A DNA stretch of 64,000 nucleotides from Vulcanimicrobiota bacterium (GTDB lineage Bacteria > Vulcanimicrobiota > Vulcanimicrobiia > Vulcanimicrobiales > Vulcanimicrobiaceae), in the NCBI GenBank assembly GCA_963833095.1, contig CAWHWQ010000001.1, positions 96,001 to 160,000 on the forward strand, given 5' to 3'. Of the stretch, positions 50,697 to 61,205 are shown in pieces. Position numbers and translations under genes: made by a program. The notes beneath the pieces were generated by a model. It searched no databases. It was not told where the DNA came from and saw nothing but the letters and a program-made list of their open reading frames with translations. Each line of letters starts with the position of its first letter. Position 1 is the stretch's first letter.

Positions 50697-52691
50697 TTAC
50701 ACCCCAGAGAATTCAGCGCGGGCAACTCTTCCGCCGGCGTAGGCTTCGCCCACCAGCGAGTGCACGTCGATGATCAGCGAGATCGATCCGTTGCCGAGAA
50801 TCGTCGCGCCCGAAATGCCCGCGATTCTGCCGACCACGTCGGAGAGCGGCTTGATCACGATCTCTTGCTCTCCCTCGAACTGGTCCACCACGAGCCCGAC
50901 TTGGCGTCCCTGCAGGCCCACGATGACGATCATCACCTTGTCTGGGTCGCGCTGACCGCCCAACTCGAAGAACTCGGCGATTCGCACCAGCGGCACGACC
51001 TGTCCGCGCAGGGTGATGACTTCGTTGCCATGGACGGTCCGCACGTCGACCATCTCTACACGCTGCGACTCGATGACCGAATCAAGCGGAATCGCATATA
51101 GTTCTTCACCCACGCGGACCAGGAGCGCCTGGATAATGGCCAGCGTCAAGGGTAATTTGATCGTAAAGCGCGTGCCCTGCCCGGGCGTGGTGTCGACGTC
51201 GAAGACGCCTTTGAGTCGGCTGATGTTGCGCTTGACGACGTCCATGCCTACGCCACGACCGGAAACGTCGGAGACCACGTCAGCCGTCGAGAAGCCTGGT
51301 GTAAAGATCAGCTCAATGATCTCGCGATCGGAGAGGCGATCGTCGGCCGAGATCAATCCTTGCTTGATGCCTCGCGCGCGAACTTTCTCGAGATTGATCC
51401 CCCCACCGTCATCGGACACCTCGATGATGATCTGATTGCCTTCGTGGTACGCGTTGAGCGAAATCGTGCCGACGCGCGCCTTGCCGAGCTTTTCCCGCTC
51501 GTCGGGAGGCTCGATCCCGTGGTCGACGTTGTTGCGCAGTAGATGCATGAGCGGCTCACCGACTTCATCGACGATGGTCTTGTCGAGGTCGGTTTCGGCA
51601 CCCGAGATTATGAGCTGCACTTCTTTGCCACGCGCCTTGGCCACGTCGCGCACCAGTCGCGGGAAACGATCGAATACTTGACCGATCGGCACCATGCGCA
51701 CTTTCATGATCGACTCTTGAATCTCGTTGGTCGTACGCGCGAGCAGCGCGGCCGAATCGGCGAGATCCTTGGCCAGCGGCGCGATGATCCCCGAAGATGC
51801 TCCGCCCGCAGTGCTGGCCTTGTCGGCCATCAGTCGCTCCAGCGTATTGGCGATGTCCGAGATGCGCGTGCGGTTGATCACCAATTCGCCGACGAGATTG
51901 AGTAACGCATCCAAACGCTCGATATCGACGCGAATCGTTTGGTGAATGGACGAACGCTTTTGCTCTGCGTTGGGCGACGCGGTGCCGGTCGCGCCGGCGG
52001 CCGGCGGCGCTTTGGGCGCCGGTGCTTCGGGCTTTGGTGCGACGGGCTCGGGCGCCGCACTCGAAACCGCCTGGACGTCTTCGAAGGCCGGTACGTCGGT
52101 GGACGCGGGTGCGGTCGCTGCGGCTGCAGCCTTTTCTGCCGCAGCCTGCGCCAAGAGCCGCTGCACTTCGGCCTCGAAGGCCTCGGCGTCGGTTGGGCCG
52201 GCCGCGGTCTGCTCGGCAGCGTGCGCTGCATCAAAGGATTGTTCGGGGCCGCCGCGGCCCTCGATGACCTGCGCGGTCTGCTCGTAAATCGAAGTGAACT
52301 TATCGAGCTTTTCGATGTATTCTTGGACGCCGGTGGGCGAGCTCTGATCGCCGATCGCCGCTTCGACGAGTTCGGTTAGCAGGTCGCGCCCCGAAAAGAG
52401 TATTTCGAGAACGCTCTCCGAGAGCGGCATGCGATCCTTGCGCAGCAAGTCGCACAGATTTTCGAGCTTGTGCGCCAGACCCTGAACGTCGGTAAACCCG
52501 AGCATGCCCGCGCTACCCTTGACGGTATGCAGCGCGCGAAAGAGCGAGTTGACGATCTCAGGATCGTGTTCGCCGGTCTGGACGAATTCTTCGAGCTTCA
52601 GCAAATCCGCATCGATTTGCTGAAGCAGTTCTTCAGCCTCGTCGCGGAAATACGAGATGAACTCTTCTCGATTAAAGAGTTCGTCTGACAT
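50697..52691 (-). CDS. cheA: Chemotaxis histidine kinase CheA
   Basis: FRALHTVKGSAG, RNNVDHGIE, DDGGG, SGRGVGMDVV, PLTLAI. Confidence 0.97.
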   Translation of the reverse strand: MSDELFNREEFISYFRDEAEELLQQIDADLLKLEEFVQTGEHDPEIVNSLFRALHTVKGSAGMLGFTDVQGLAHKLENLCDLLRKDRMPLSESVLEILFSGRDLLTELVEAAIGDQSSPTGVQEYIEKLDKFTSIYEQTAQVIEGRGGPEQSFDAAHAAEQTAAGPTDAEAFEAEVQRLLAQAAAEKAAAAATAPASTDVPAFEDVQAVSSAAPEPVAPKPEAPAPKAPPAAGATGTASPNAEQKRSSIHQTIRVDIERLDALLNLVGELVINRTRISDIANTLERLMADKASTAGGASSGIIAPLAKDLADSAALLARTTNEIQESIMKVRMVPIGQVFDRFPRLVRDVAKARGKEVQLIISGAETDLDKTIVDEVGEPLMHLLRNNVDHGIEPPDEREKLGKARVGTISLNAYHEGNQIIIEVSDDGGGINLEKVRARGIKQGLISADDRLSDREIIELIFTPGFSTADVVSDVSGRGVGMDVVKRNISRLKGVFDVDTTPGQGTRFTIKLPLTLAIIQALLVRVGEELYAIPLDSVIESQRVEMVDVRTVHGNEVITLRGQVVPLVRIAEFFELGGQRDPDKVMIVIVGLQGRQVGLVVDQFEGEQEIVIKPLSDVVGRIAGISGATILGNGSISLIIDVHSLVGEAYAGGRVARAEFSGV

Positions 52692-52694
52692 GGT

Positions 52695-53306
52695 TTATTC
52701 TACGCCAAAGACCGAGAGAAGCGGCCCGAGCGATCCCGTTTCCGGGATGAGGATGAATTGCCCGGCGACTTCTTTCTCTTTGTCGAGGAAGCTCGACTCG
52801 ATGAGGAAGACGTCTTGATCGGGCAGGATCGACATCAGCGTGCGGAACGCGGCTTGCACCGTGCCGTACGAGAGCGTCGGCACCGAGGGCAGCAGGTTAG
52901 AACCGGTAAGCTGAATGATCGCGGTGAGATACGAGCCCGCGATGATGTTGCCCAGTTCCTTGAGCGTTGAGTCCGCGATCGAATCGAAGATCTGAATGTC
53001 GCCGATCACGCGGTGCAAGAACTGGCTGACGAAGTCGAGCGCCTGTTCGCGATCGAAGAGAACGACCATTTGCCCTGGCGCTTCGCCGCGCACATACATG
53101 TGCAGTGCCGCGACGGTACGGTTCTCATGTCCGACGCGCGATGCGAGATCGCGAAATTTGATAACGTCGATGCGCGGCTCGGAAAGATTGATCTTGGTGT
53201 TGAGCAACTGTGAGAGCGCGGTCGCCGCGTGACCTGCGCCGATGTTTCCGACCTCCTTGAGCGCGTCTTTTTGGAGGTCGTTGAGTTGCATGCCGCCGCC
53301 GCTCAT
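52695..53306 (-). CDS. cheC: CheC phosphatase
   Basis: DALKEVGNIGAGHAATALS and STLKELGNII repeats. Confidence 0.92.
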   Translation of the reverse strand: MSGGGMQLNDLQKDALKEVGNIGAGHAATALSQLLNTKINLSEPRIDVIKFRDLASRVGHENRTVAALHMYVRGEAPGQMVVLFDREQALDFVSQFLHRVIGDIQIFDSIADSTLKELGNIIAGSYLTAIIQLTGSNLLPSVPTLSYGTVQAAFRTLMSILPDQDVFLIESSFLDKEKEVAGQFILIPETGSLGPLLSVFGVE

Positions 53307-53665
53307 GAGAGCACCTTTTGAATGGTTTCGAGGATCTTGGGCGGCTGGAAGGGCTTGGTAATGAACGACTTCGCGCCGGCTTGAATCGCCTCGACGACTA
53401 GCGCCTGCTGGCCCATCGAGGTGCACATGATGATCTTGGCGTTGGGATCGTTGGCGACGATCTGCTTGACGGCGGTGATGCCGTCCATCTCGGGCATGAC
53501 CATGTCCATCGTCACGAGGTCGGGTTGGAGTTGCTTGTACTTCTCCACCGCCTCAACACCGTTCTGGGCCTCTCCAACGACTTCAAAGCCGTTCTTGGAA
53601 AGGATCCCTTTGATCATCATCCGCATGACGACGGCATCGTCGACGATGAGGACTCTCTTGCTCAT
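53303..53665 (-). CDS. cheY: Chemotaxis response regulator CheY
   Basis: VLIVDD, DLVTMDMVMPEMDG, KPF. Confidence 0.93.
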   Translation of the reverse strand: MSKRVLIVDDAVVMRMMIKGILSKNGFEVVGEAQNGVEAVEKYKQLQPDLVTMDMVMPEMDGITAVKQIVANDPNAKIIMCTSMGQQALVVEAIQAGAKSFITKPFQPPKILETIQKVLS

Positions 53666-53715
53666 CCAATGCTCCCAAGACGAAGTGCTAAAAACACGAT
53701 TCGATCCTTTGAACT

Positions 53716-53743
53716 CAATCGGCTAAAGGATAGGGGTACTTTA
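53716..53743 (-). promoter_or_regulatory. Sigma28 (FliA/SigD)-type promoter upstream of cheY
   Basis: TAAA-16 bp-GCCGATTG. Confidence 0.6.
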
Positions 53744-53751
53744 TAGATAGG

Positions 53752-54420
53752 TCAGGCCAATCCCCGGCTGCGCAGATCGGACTGGCGCCGGTTGATGAAG
53801 TCGATGATCGTCTGATCTTCATCCGGCCGCAGCCCCTGAAAGCGCAATCCATGCGAGAACTTCCCTGAGCTCTTGATCTTCTCGTGGCGCATGACTTCGC
53901 CAAGCAGGGTCATGGCGGGCGCCTCGGGCTTGAGCTTCATGCGGACCTCGACGGTGGTGTGGGGTTTGAGCTCCCGGTCGATGATGAGGGAACAACCGCC
54001 GCGACTGATGTCCCGGACCGTTGCCCGGGCGAACTCCCCGGTTCCGACACCCCCCGGCGCAAAGCGCCATTCCCCGGTCACGATGGCATCGAGGCGCACG
54101 CTCTGGCGCTTCTGCGCGCCGCTCGCGGCCGCGATGAGGATGAGCCGCCGCGGCGGATCGAACTGGGTGCTCGAAGAGTTCACCGACGCGATCTTGGTCT
54201 CCATCCGGAAACGCCCGGCTGCGGCGCTGTAGATGAGGATCGCCGTCTCGCCGACCCGGCCGAGTGCGTCGCGAGTCACCACGCCCTTGGCCCCGACCTG
54301 TTCCACGGTCACCGAGCGGGCTTGGCGTCCGCCGACAATAACCTCGACAAACGAGTGGAGCTGGGGCAATTTGCTCAGGGGAACGCCTCCCCCCCGGCCT
54401 CCGAAAATCGATTTGAACAT
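53752..54420 (-). CDS. PilZ-domain protein (flagellar brake-like)
   Basis: RQSVR (RxxxR) and DISRGG motifs. Confidence 0.85.
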   Translation of the reverse strand: MFKSIFGGRGGGVPLSKLPQLHSFVEVIVGGRQARSVTVEQVGAKGVVTRDALGRVGETAILIYSAAAGRFRMETKIASVNSSSTQFDPPRRLILIAAASGAQKRQSVRLDAIVTGEWRFAPGGVGTGEFARATVRDISRGGCSLIIDRELKPHTTVEVRMKLKPEAPAMTLLGEVMRHEKIKSSGKFSHGLRFQGLRPDEDQTIIDFINRRQSDLRSRGLA

Positions 54421-56546
54421 CAACTTTTTGCTTCCGCGGTTTCCTCGGTCGCGGTGATCTGGCCAATCGACTCAACCCGTAGCCCAGGCGCAATCTCCGA
54501 ATACGAGAGTACGACCAATTGTGGCGCCGCACGTTCGGTAAGCCTTTTGAGCGCCAAACGCACGGACGGCGAGCACAAAACGATCGGCTGCAAACCGGCA
54601 TTCTGTGCCACCGCGATCTGCCGCGTCAACGACGTGTAGATCCGTGACACGGTATTCGGGTCGAGCAACGCAAACGCATCCTCCCCGCGACGAACTGCTT
54701 CGGAAAGAAGCGATTCCAGACGCGGATCGACGGTGATAACCGACAACAGACCATTCTCAGCGTACTCAGCCGAAATGTGGCGCGCCAGTGCCGCACGGAC
54801 CTTTTCGGTGAGAAAGTCTATGTCTTTGCTCACCCGCGCGGCATCGGCCAGCGTTTCGAGAATCATCACGAGGTTACGAATCGGGATGCGCTCGCGTAGT
54901 AGATTTTGTAATACGCGCTGGACTTCGCCGACGGTAAGCAGCCCCGGCACCAGCTCGTCCACGACCACCGGGTAGTGCGATTTAATATTGTCCAGTAGTG
55001 CAGAAGTCTCTTGACGGCCCAGAAGATCCGGCGAATGCGCTTTGATCAATTCCGTTAGGTGCGTGGCGATCACACTGGTGGGATCGATAACCGTATAACC
55101 CGCCATCTCGGCCTCGCTGCGCGCATTCTCTGCAATCCACAGCGCCGGAAGCCCGAAGGCCGGCTCGGTCGTCGGGATGCCGTCGATCGGAGCGGTCGCG
55201 GTGCCCGGATTCATCGCCAGCAATCGGCTGACCATCACTTCGGCCTGCGCGACCTCCAGCCCATAGATCTTGACGAGGTAGCTGTTGGGACGCAACTGTA
55301 AATTGTCGCGCACGCGAATCGGTGGAACCGCGATACCCAAATCGCGCGCGGCATGCCGGCGAATGAGCGTAATGCGCTCGAGCAAGTCGCCGCCTTGATT
55401 GACGTCGACCAGCGGAATCAACCCGAAGCCGATTTCGAGCTCCATCGGATCGTACGAGAGCAGCGGCACGACGCTCTCGGCACCGGTCTTGGCTGCGGGT
55501 TGCGCGCCGGGCGCTCCAGGCTTCCCGCCGGCAGCGATCACCTTGCGCTCCGCGGCCGCTTCAGCCGCGCCTTCGCGGCGCGCGAAGTACACGATGAACA
55601 GGATTGCCGAAATGAGGAACATCAGCCAGCGCAGGAGACCGGCAAAACCAAAGAGACCCGTGATAATGGCGGTGATCAGTAGCGCGCGCGGCTGCGCGGT
55701 CAATTGCTTGGTGATATCGCTGCCGAAGTCGGTCTCAGCCGCAGCGCGGGTCACGATGATACCCGTCGCGGTCGAGATCAACAGCGCCGGTACTTGGGTG
55801 ACGATGCCTTCACCGACCGTCAGTAGCGTAAATTTCTGCAGCGACTCGATGATCGTGAGGTGTTGTTGCGCCACACCGACGATGAAGCCGCCGACGGTGT
55901 TGATGGCGACGATGATCACGGCGGCGATCGCGTCGCCGCGCACGAACTTGCTGGCACCGTCCATCGCGCCGTAGAAGTCCGCCGAGCGCTGGATGTCCTT
56001 GCGGCGCTGGCGCGCCTCGGCTTCGGTAATCAGCCCGGCGTTGAGGTCGGCGTCAATGGCAAGCTGCTTGCCGGGCATGGCGTCGAGGGTAAAACGAGCG
56101 GCGACTTCGGCCACGCGTCCGGCACCGTTGGTGATCACGACGAATTGGATGATGATCAAGATGAGGAAGATCACGAAACCGACGGCATAGTTGCCGCCGA
56201 CGACGATCTGTCCGAAGAAGTTGATCACTTCGCCGGCGTACCCGTGCAAGAGAATCGCGCGGGTCGCGGTGATGTTGAGCGACAGCCGGAAAAGCGTGAT
56301 GATCAGCAACATCGTCGGAAACGCCGAGAACGCGAGGGCGTTTTCGGTATAGAGTGCCGTCGAGATAATGACGAGCGCGATCGTGATGTTTGCGGAGAGG
56401 AGAATGTCGAGCAGCCACGCTGGGATCGGAACGATCATCAGCACGACGAGCATCACCGAGGCACCCGCGATCAGAATCGGGGTGAAGCTCGTAAGTCGCT
56501 GGACTAAACTTTGCTGGCCCGCGGCCGCCGGTGCTCGGGTAGCCAT
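54420..56546 (-). CDS. flhA: Flagellar export protein FlhA
   Basis: RVAEVAARFTLDAMPGKQ, FYGAMDGASKFVRGDA. Confidence 0.97.
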   Translation of the reverse strand: MATRAPAAAGQQSLVQRLTSFTPILIAGASVMLVVLMIVPIPAWLLDILLSANITIALVIISTALYTENALAFSAFPTMLLIITLFRLSLNITATRAILLHGYAGEVINFFGQIVVGGNYAVGFVIFLILIIIQFVVITNGAGRVAEVAARFTLDAMPGKQLAIDADLNAGLITEAEARQRRKDIQRSADFYGAMDGASKFVRGDAIAAVIIVAINTVGGFIVGVAQQHLTIIESLQKFTLLTVGEGIVTQVPALLISTATGIIVTRAAAETDFGSDITKQLTAQPRALLITAIITGLFGFAGLLRWLMFLISAILFIVYFARREGAAEAAAERKVIAAGGKPGAPGAQPAAKTGAESVVPLLSYDPMELEIGFGLIPLVDVNQGGDLLERITLIRRHAARDLGIAVPPIRVRDNLQLRPNSYLVKIYGLEVAQAEVMVSRLLAMNPGTATAPIDGIPTTEPAFGLPALWIAENARSEAEMAGYTVIDPTSVIATHLTELIKAHSPDLLGRQETSALLDNIKSHYPVVVDELVPGLLTVGEVQRVLQNLLRERIPIRNLVMILETLADAARVSKDIDFLTEKVRAALARHISAEYAENGLLSVITVDPRLESLLSEAVRRGEDAFALLDPNTVSRIYTSLTRQIAVAQNAGLQPIVLCSPSVRLALKRLTERAAPQLVVLSYSEIAPGLRVESIGQITATEETAEAKS

Positions 56547-57610
56547 CAGGCGATAATCTTTCTCTTGAGCTTATAGATGAACGCGATGACTTGCGCGACT
56601 GCGGCATACAGGTTCGGCGGAATCGGATGGTCGAGTTCGACGCGCTCGTAGAGCGTGCGAGCCAGGGGCGGGTTCTCCATGATCGGGACGCCGTGCTCCT
56701 TCGCGATGTCGCGAATCCGCTTGGCTAAGAGATCCGCGCCTTTTGCCACGACGACCGGAGCGTCCATCTTGACTTCATCCCACTCGAGTGCCACGGCAAA
56801 GTGGGTAGGATTGGTCACAACCACGGTTGCGCGCGGTACGGCGTGCATCATCCGGCGGCGAGCGAATTCGCGCTGACGTTTTTTGAGCGCGGCTTTGGCC
56901 TCGGGGTTTCCTTCAGATTGCTTCCACTCGTCTTTGACCTCTTGTTTGCTCATCTTCATGTTTTGTTCGAGCTGCCAGCGCTCGTACGCGTAGTCCAAGA
57001 GACCGACGATGAGGAGAAACAGCCCGAACTTCCAAGCGATGCTAAAGATGACGTCGAACGTTAGCCCAATCACGCCGGCAGGACTGCTCTGGCCGACTTT
57101 GGCGAAGACGCCCATGTCGCCGGAGATCGTCGTATAAATGATGATGACCACGGCGGACAGCTTAAGCAGCTGTTTGGAGAGATTGACCAAAATGCGTTTT
57201 GAAAAGACGTTCTTAAAGCCGTTGATCGGATTGACTTTGCTGAACGACCATTTGAATGGAACCGTCGTGAGCACGAATCCGAACTGCAGCAGGTTCGCGC
57301 CGACGCCCGCAACCACCGCGATCCCGAAGACGATGAGCACGACCCAGCCGATGCCCGCGCCTGCTTGCACGAACATTGGGTATATCGTTTGGTAGGTCGG
57401 GTCGCCGTGATCCGCGATGCGTGACAAATACGCCGTTGCTGAACCTTGAAGTCCATTCAGCATCGGCACAAAGAGTGCGTGTAAGGTCAACACTACCGAC
57501 AGAAAGATTACGGCGCCGGCAAGGTCTACGCTGCGTGGGACCTGACCGCGTTCGCGTGCTTCCTGGCGGCGCTTTGGGGTGGCTTTTTCGGTTTGTTCCG
57601 GCCTAGCCAT
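56546..57610 (-). CDS. flhB: Flagellar export protein FlhB
   Basis: TEKATPKR, NPTH autocleavage motif. Confidence 0.96.
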   Translation of the reverse strand: MARPEQTEKATPKRRQEARERGQVPRSVDLAGAVIFLSVVLTLHALFVPMLNGLQGSATAYLSRIADHGDPTYQTIYPMFVQAGAGIGWVVLIVFGIAVVAGVGANLLQFGFVLTTVPFKWSFSKVNPINGFKNVFSKRILVNLSKQLLKLSAVVIIIYTTISGDMGVFAKVGQSSPAGVIGLTFDVIFSIAWKFGLFLLIVGLLDYAYERWQLEQNMKMSKQEVKDEWKQSEGNPEAKAALKKRQREFARRRMMHAVPRATVVVTNPTHFAVALEWDEVKMDAPVVVAKGADLLAKRIRDIAKEHGVPIMENPPLARTLYERVELDHPIPPNLYAAVAQVIAFIYKLKRKIIA

Positions 57611-57777
57611 CGCTATAGCTCGCGAGCATGCTCATAGAAGTTTTCGGCGAGCCTGCGCCCATCCTGAGGACGCTTGCTTGCTGCCGGATCACAGCTTCCA
57701 GCAAGCTAAGCGGGAAGGCGAGGGCGGCCTGCCAATAAGGGAGGCTGACCCAAAACGATCATCCGTAGGAGAGAAAC

Positions 57778-58809
57778 TTGAAACATACGCTGGTCTTGGC
57801 CGGCGCGGTGGCTGCCGCGTTCGCGCTGGGCGGCTGCGGCCATACCACCCCCATCACGTCCGGGACGGCGACACCGAGCCCGACGTACTCCCCCAACGTG
57901 AGCAGCGAATACCCCATTCCTACGGCAAACTCCCAACCTGCGGGAATCGTCCGGACTCAGACCGCCCTGTGGTTCACCGAGGAAGCCGCGAACAAGATCG
58001 GTATCCTGAACCAGACCGCTACGATCACCGACTATCCGCTCCCGAACCCTGGTTCCAAGCCGCTTAGCCTAACCGTGGGTCAGGATGGAAATTTGTGGCT
58101 GACCGAATTCGGCGGTGGCCGTATCGCAAAGTTCAACGTGGGGACCCTGGGCTTCACCGAATGCACCCTGCCGCCGCAGACCGGCGCGACGCCGACCCCC
58201 TTCGGGATCGCAGCCGGGCAAGATGGGAACCTGTGGGTTACCGACCCGGCCAGTAACGGTATTTGGGTTATCCAACCTGGATGCGGCATGTACGCCTTCT
58301 ATCCGATCGCAACTCCCAACGCCGACCCGCAAGCCATTACGGTTGGCCCCGACACCGCGCTCTGGTTCGTGGAAGCGGGCGTCGATAAGATCGGGAGAAT
58401 CCCGATTGGCGCGGCGTCCGGCACGGCACCGGCTGAGTACCCGGTGAGCGCCGGCGCAGGTCTCGGAGTGATCGTCTCCGGCGCCGACAACGCCCTGTGG
58501 TTCACCGAAACCAGAAGCGACAAGCTTGGCCGCATGTTGACCACGGGCGTGCTCGCATCCGAGACGTCTCTCACCGGCGTGGGTTCACCCTACGGCCTCG
58601 TTCTCGGACCCGATGGCAATTTCTACATCGGCGATCAGACCAAGAGCGCGATCGTGCAGTACATCACCTCGACCGGAGCGATCAACAGCTATCCTACGAA
58701 GACGGCGAATTCGGGGCCGTTCTGGCTAACGATCGGACCCGATAACGAAGTCTACTTCACCGAGCAGACAGCGAATCAGATTGGGCAGTTCCTCTACTTC
58801 AATCCGTAG
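57778..58809 (+). CDS. Vgb (virginiamycin B lyase-like) beta-propeller lipoprotein
   Basis: Lipobox LGGC; repeated GxDGNLWxTE blades. Confidence 0.85.
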   Translation: MKHTLVLAGAVAAAFALGGCGHTTPITSGTATPSPTYSPNVSSEYPIPTANSQPAGIVRTQTALWFTEEAANKIGILNQTATITDYPLPNPGSKPLSLTVGQDGNLWLTEFGGGRIAKFNVGTLGFTECTLPPQTGATPTPFGIAAGQDGNLWVTDPASNGIWVIQPGCGMYAFYPIATPNADPQAITVGPDTALWFVEAGVDKIGRIPIGAASGTAPAEYPVSAGAGLGVIVSGADNALWFTETRSDKLGRMLTTGVLASETSLTGVGSPYGLVLGPDGNFYIGDQTKSAIVQYITSTGAINSYPTKTANSGPFWLTIGPDNEVYFTEQTANQIGQFLYFNP

Positions 58810-58916
58810 CCCACGGTCTTCGCATCCTCGACCTCCGTTACGTCTCTCAGCCTAAAGCGCTAGGATCGTAGCGAGTGCGGTTGTCACATCGACAACGCAT
58901 CATCGCGCGGCGAGCG

Positions 58917-59705
58917 CTATGGGGGCTTGAGGCCCCGCATTACCGTGTCCATCTGTCCGGAGACGTCTTGAAAGACTTCCGGGCCGACGGTCGCGAGCAG
59001 CGGTAACGCGATGATCATCATCGTGAAACCCACCGCGACCTGAATCGGCAGCCCGATCACAAAGACGTTCATCTGCGGCGCAACACGGGCCATCAGCGCG
59101 AGCGCGACGTTGGTAAGGAAGAGCGCGACCACGACCGGCGCTGAAATCTTGAAGACAATCAAGAGCGATTGGCAAAAAACGAGACGCCAGATTGGCCATC
59201 GACGCTCGGATCGAGATGGATGAACGGTAACGGCACCAAGTTGAACGAACCCGCGACTCCTTCGATGAAGAGATAATGCGAGTTGGTGATGAGAAAAATC
59301 AGCGTTGCGATCGCGAGCTGGAGTTCGCCGATGATCGTGATGTTCTGTTGGGTCTGCGGGTTGAGTACGTTGGCGACCGCAAAACCGATCTGAAGATCGA
59401 TCAGTTCGCCCGCAAACTGAATCGCCGACGAACACGAGCGACGCGACATACCCCACGATCACGCCGAGCACGCACCTGCGCGATGCCCGCAACGCGCAGT
59501 TCGAACACGCCGTCGTCAAATTGGAACGGCGGAACGACGTGAAAGATGATGAACGAGATGAGCGCGCCCAACCCTAGCCGCACGTGATGCGGAATCTGGG
59601 CCGAGGAAAATATCGGGAACAGCATCAGCATCTGAGCGACCCGGAGGAGGATCAGCAGGAACTCTTCGAACTGCTGTGCGGTGTAAGCCCAAAGAGATCG
59701 GTCAC
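58917..59705 (-). CDS. fliR: Flagellar export protein FliR (frameshifted)
   Basis: AGELIDLQIGF, ARVAPQMNVFVIG. Confidence 0.88.
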
Positions 59706-59713
59706 CGGGCGCC

Positions 59714-59987
59714 TCACTTAATAGAATGTGCGGAGGCCGGTAGAAGATGCGGGCGGTGAAGTCGGTCAGCATCGCGAGCATGAACGGCGCCGAAAAACAG
59801 CAACGCGAGCGCTGAGACGACGATCTTCGGGATAAAGGCCAGCGTCGGCTCCTGGATCTGCGTGACGGCCTGAAAGAGCGAGATCATCAATCCGACGACC
59901 ATGCTCAGCAGCAGGACCGGCGCGGCCGACCAGCAGCGCCACGAAGATCGCCTCGCGGCCGAGACCGAGATGCGTCCGCGAAGCTCA
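59714..59987 (-). CDS. fliQ: Flagellar export protein FliQ (frameshifted)
   Basis: [24 protein letters not shown]. Confidence 0.9.
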
Positions 59988-60831
59988 TGGGTTGCCGAAG
60001 CTCTGGAAGAGCGCGCGACGGTGAGATTCCAGCCGTCGACGAGGATGAAGATCAGGATCTTAAACGGAAGCGAAATGAGGATCGGCGGGATCATCATCAT
60101 GCCCATCGAGAGCAGGATGCTCGCCGTCACCATATCGATGACGATGAACGGGACGTAGATCGCGAAGCCGATCTCGAAGGCCGTCTTCAGCTCGGAGATG
60201 ACGAACGCCGGAATGAGGATGATACGTCGGAACGTCCTTTTGCTCGGCCGGCCGCGGCTCTTTGGAGATCGAGTAGAACAGCTGCAGATGTCTTTCTCGC
60301 GCGTCTGCCGGAACATGAACTTGCGCAGCGGCTGCGTGCGCCGCGATCGAGCGCGACGGGCTGGCTGATCTGATCTTCTTCAGATACGGCTGGACGGCGT
60401 TGGCGTTGACGTCCTTGATCACCGGGCGCCATCACGAAGAACGTCAGCAGCAGCGCGAGGCCGCTCGAGCACCTGGTTGGGCGGCGATCTGCTGCGTGCC
60501 GATCGCCGTGCGCACGAACGAGAGCACGACGATGATGCGCGTGAACGAGGTCACCATCACGAGCAGCGTCGGCGCGATGCGAGAGCACGGTGAGCAGCAG
60601 CATGATCTGCAGCGCGCCGACGACGTCGTGCGGCGACTGTCGCTTGCCCGACGCCGATGTTGATGTTCGGAATCGGAATCGTCGGCGCGGTGGGCCGGTC
60701 GGCGGCGTCTGCGCGAACGCCAGCGACGGCAGCACCAAACAGCGCGACGAACGATCACGGCGCCGGCGATCAGGAACGAGGCCGTGCCGCTGCCACAGCA
60801 GTGCCCGGCCAGAATGCGCAGTACGGTTCAT
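59984..60831 (-). CDS. fliP: Flagellar export protein FliP (frameshifted; start approximate)
   Basis: [36 protein letters not shown]. Confidence 0.9.
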
Positions 60832-60848
60832 AGCCGCGAAGCGCATCG

Positions 60849-61196
60849 TCACCATATCCGCAAGCGTTGCCGCTCGGCTTTACCGAGCGTCTCGCGCTGC
60901 GCCTCGAGCCACGGCGTCGACTTCGTCGGCCGGCAGTTCGGCCAGCAGCGAGAGCGTGCCGTTGTTGCCGCCGCCGACGAGCAGGTAGCGCTTCGCCGAC
61001 TTTGACGACGTGGACCGCGACGTGCTGCGCGAGCACCGTCGACTCGAGCACGGTCACCATCCGCTTGCTCGGCCGAGGCGAAGATGCGGCCGCGCGAAAG
61101 GCCGCGCACGACGCACCCAGAGGCCGCCGAGCAGCATGAGCGCGACGACGCAGAGCGCGAAAAAGTAGTTGAGCCAGAAGCCCGCCGGACATTCAC
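60849..61196 (-). CDS. fliO: FliO/FliZ family protein (frameshifted)
   Basis: N-terminal TM, VLESTVL...VHVVKVG; position between fliN and fliP. Confidence 0.7.
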   Translation of the reverse strand: MNVRRASGSTTFSRSASSRSCCSAASGCVVRGLSRGRIFASAEQADGDRARVDGARAARRGPRRQSRRSATCSSAAATTARSRCWPNCRPTKSTPWLEAQRETLGKAERQRLRIW

Positions 61197-61205
61197 GGCG
61201 CGGCG

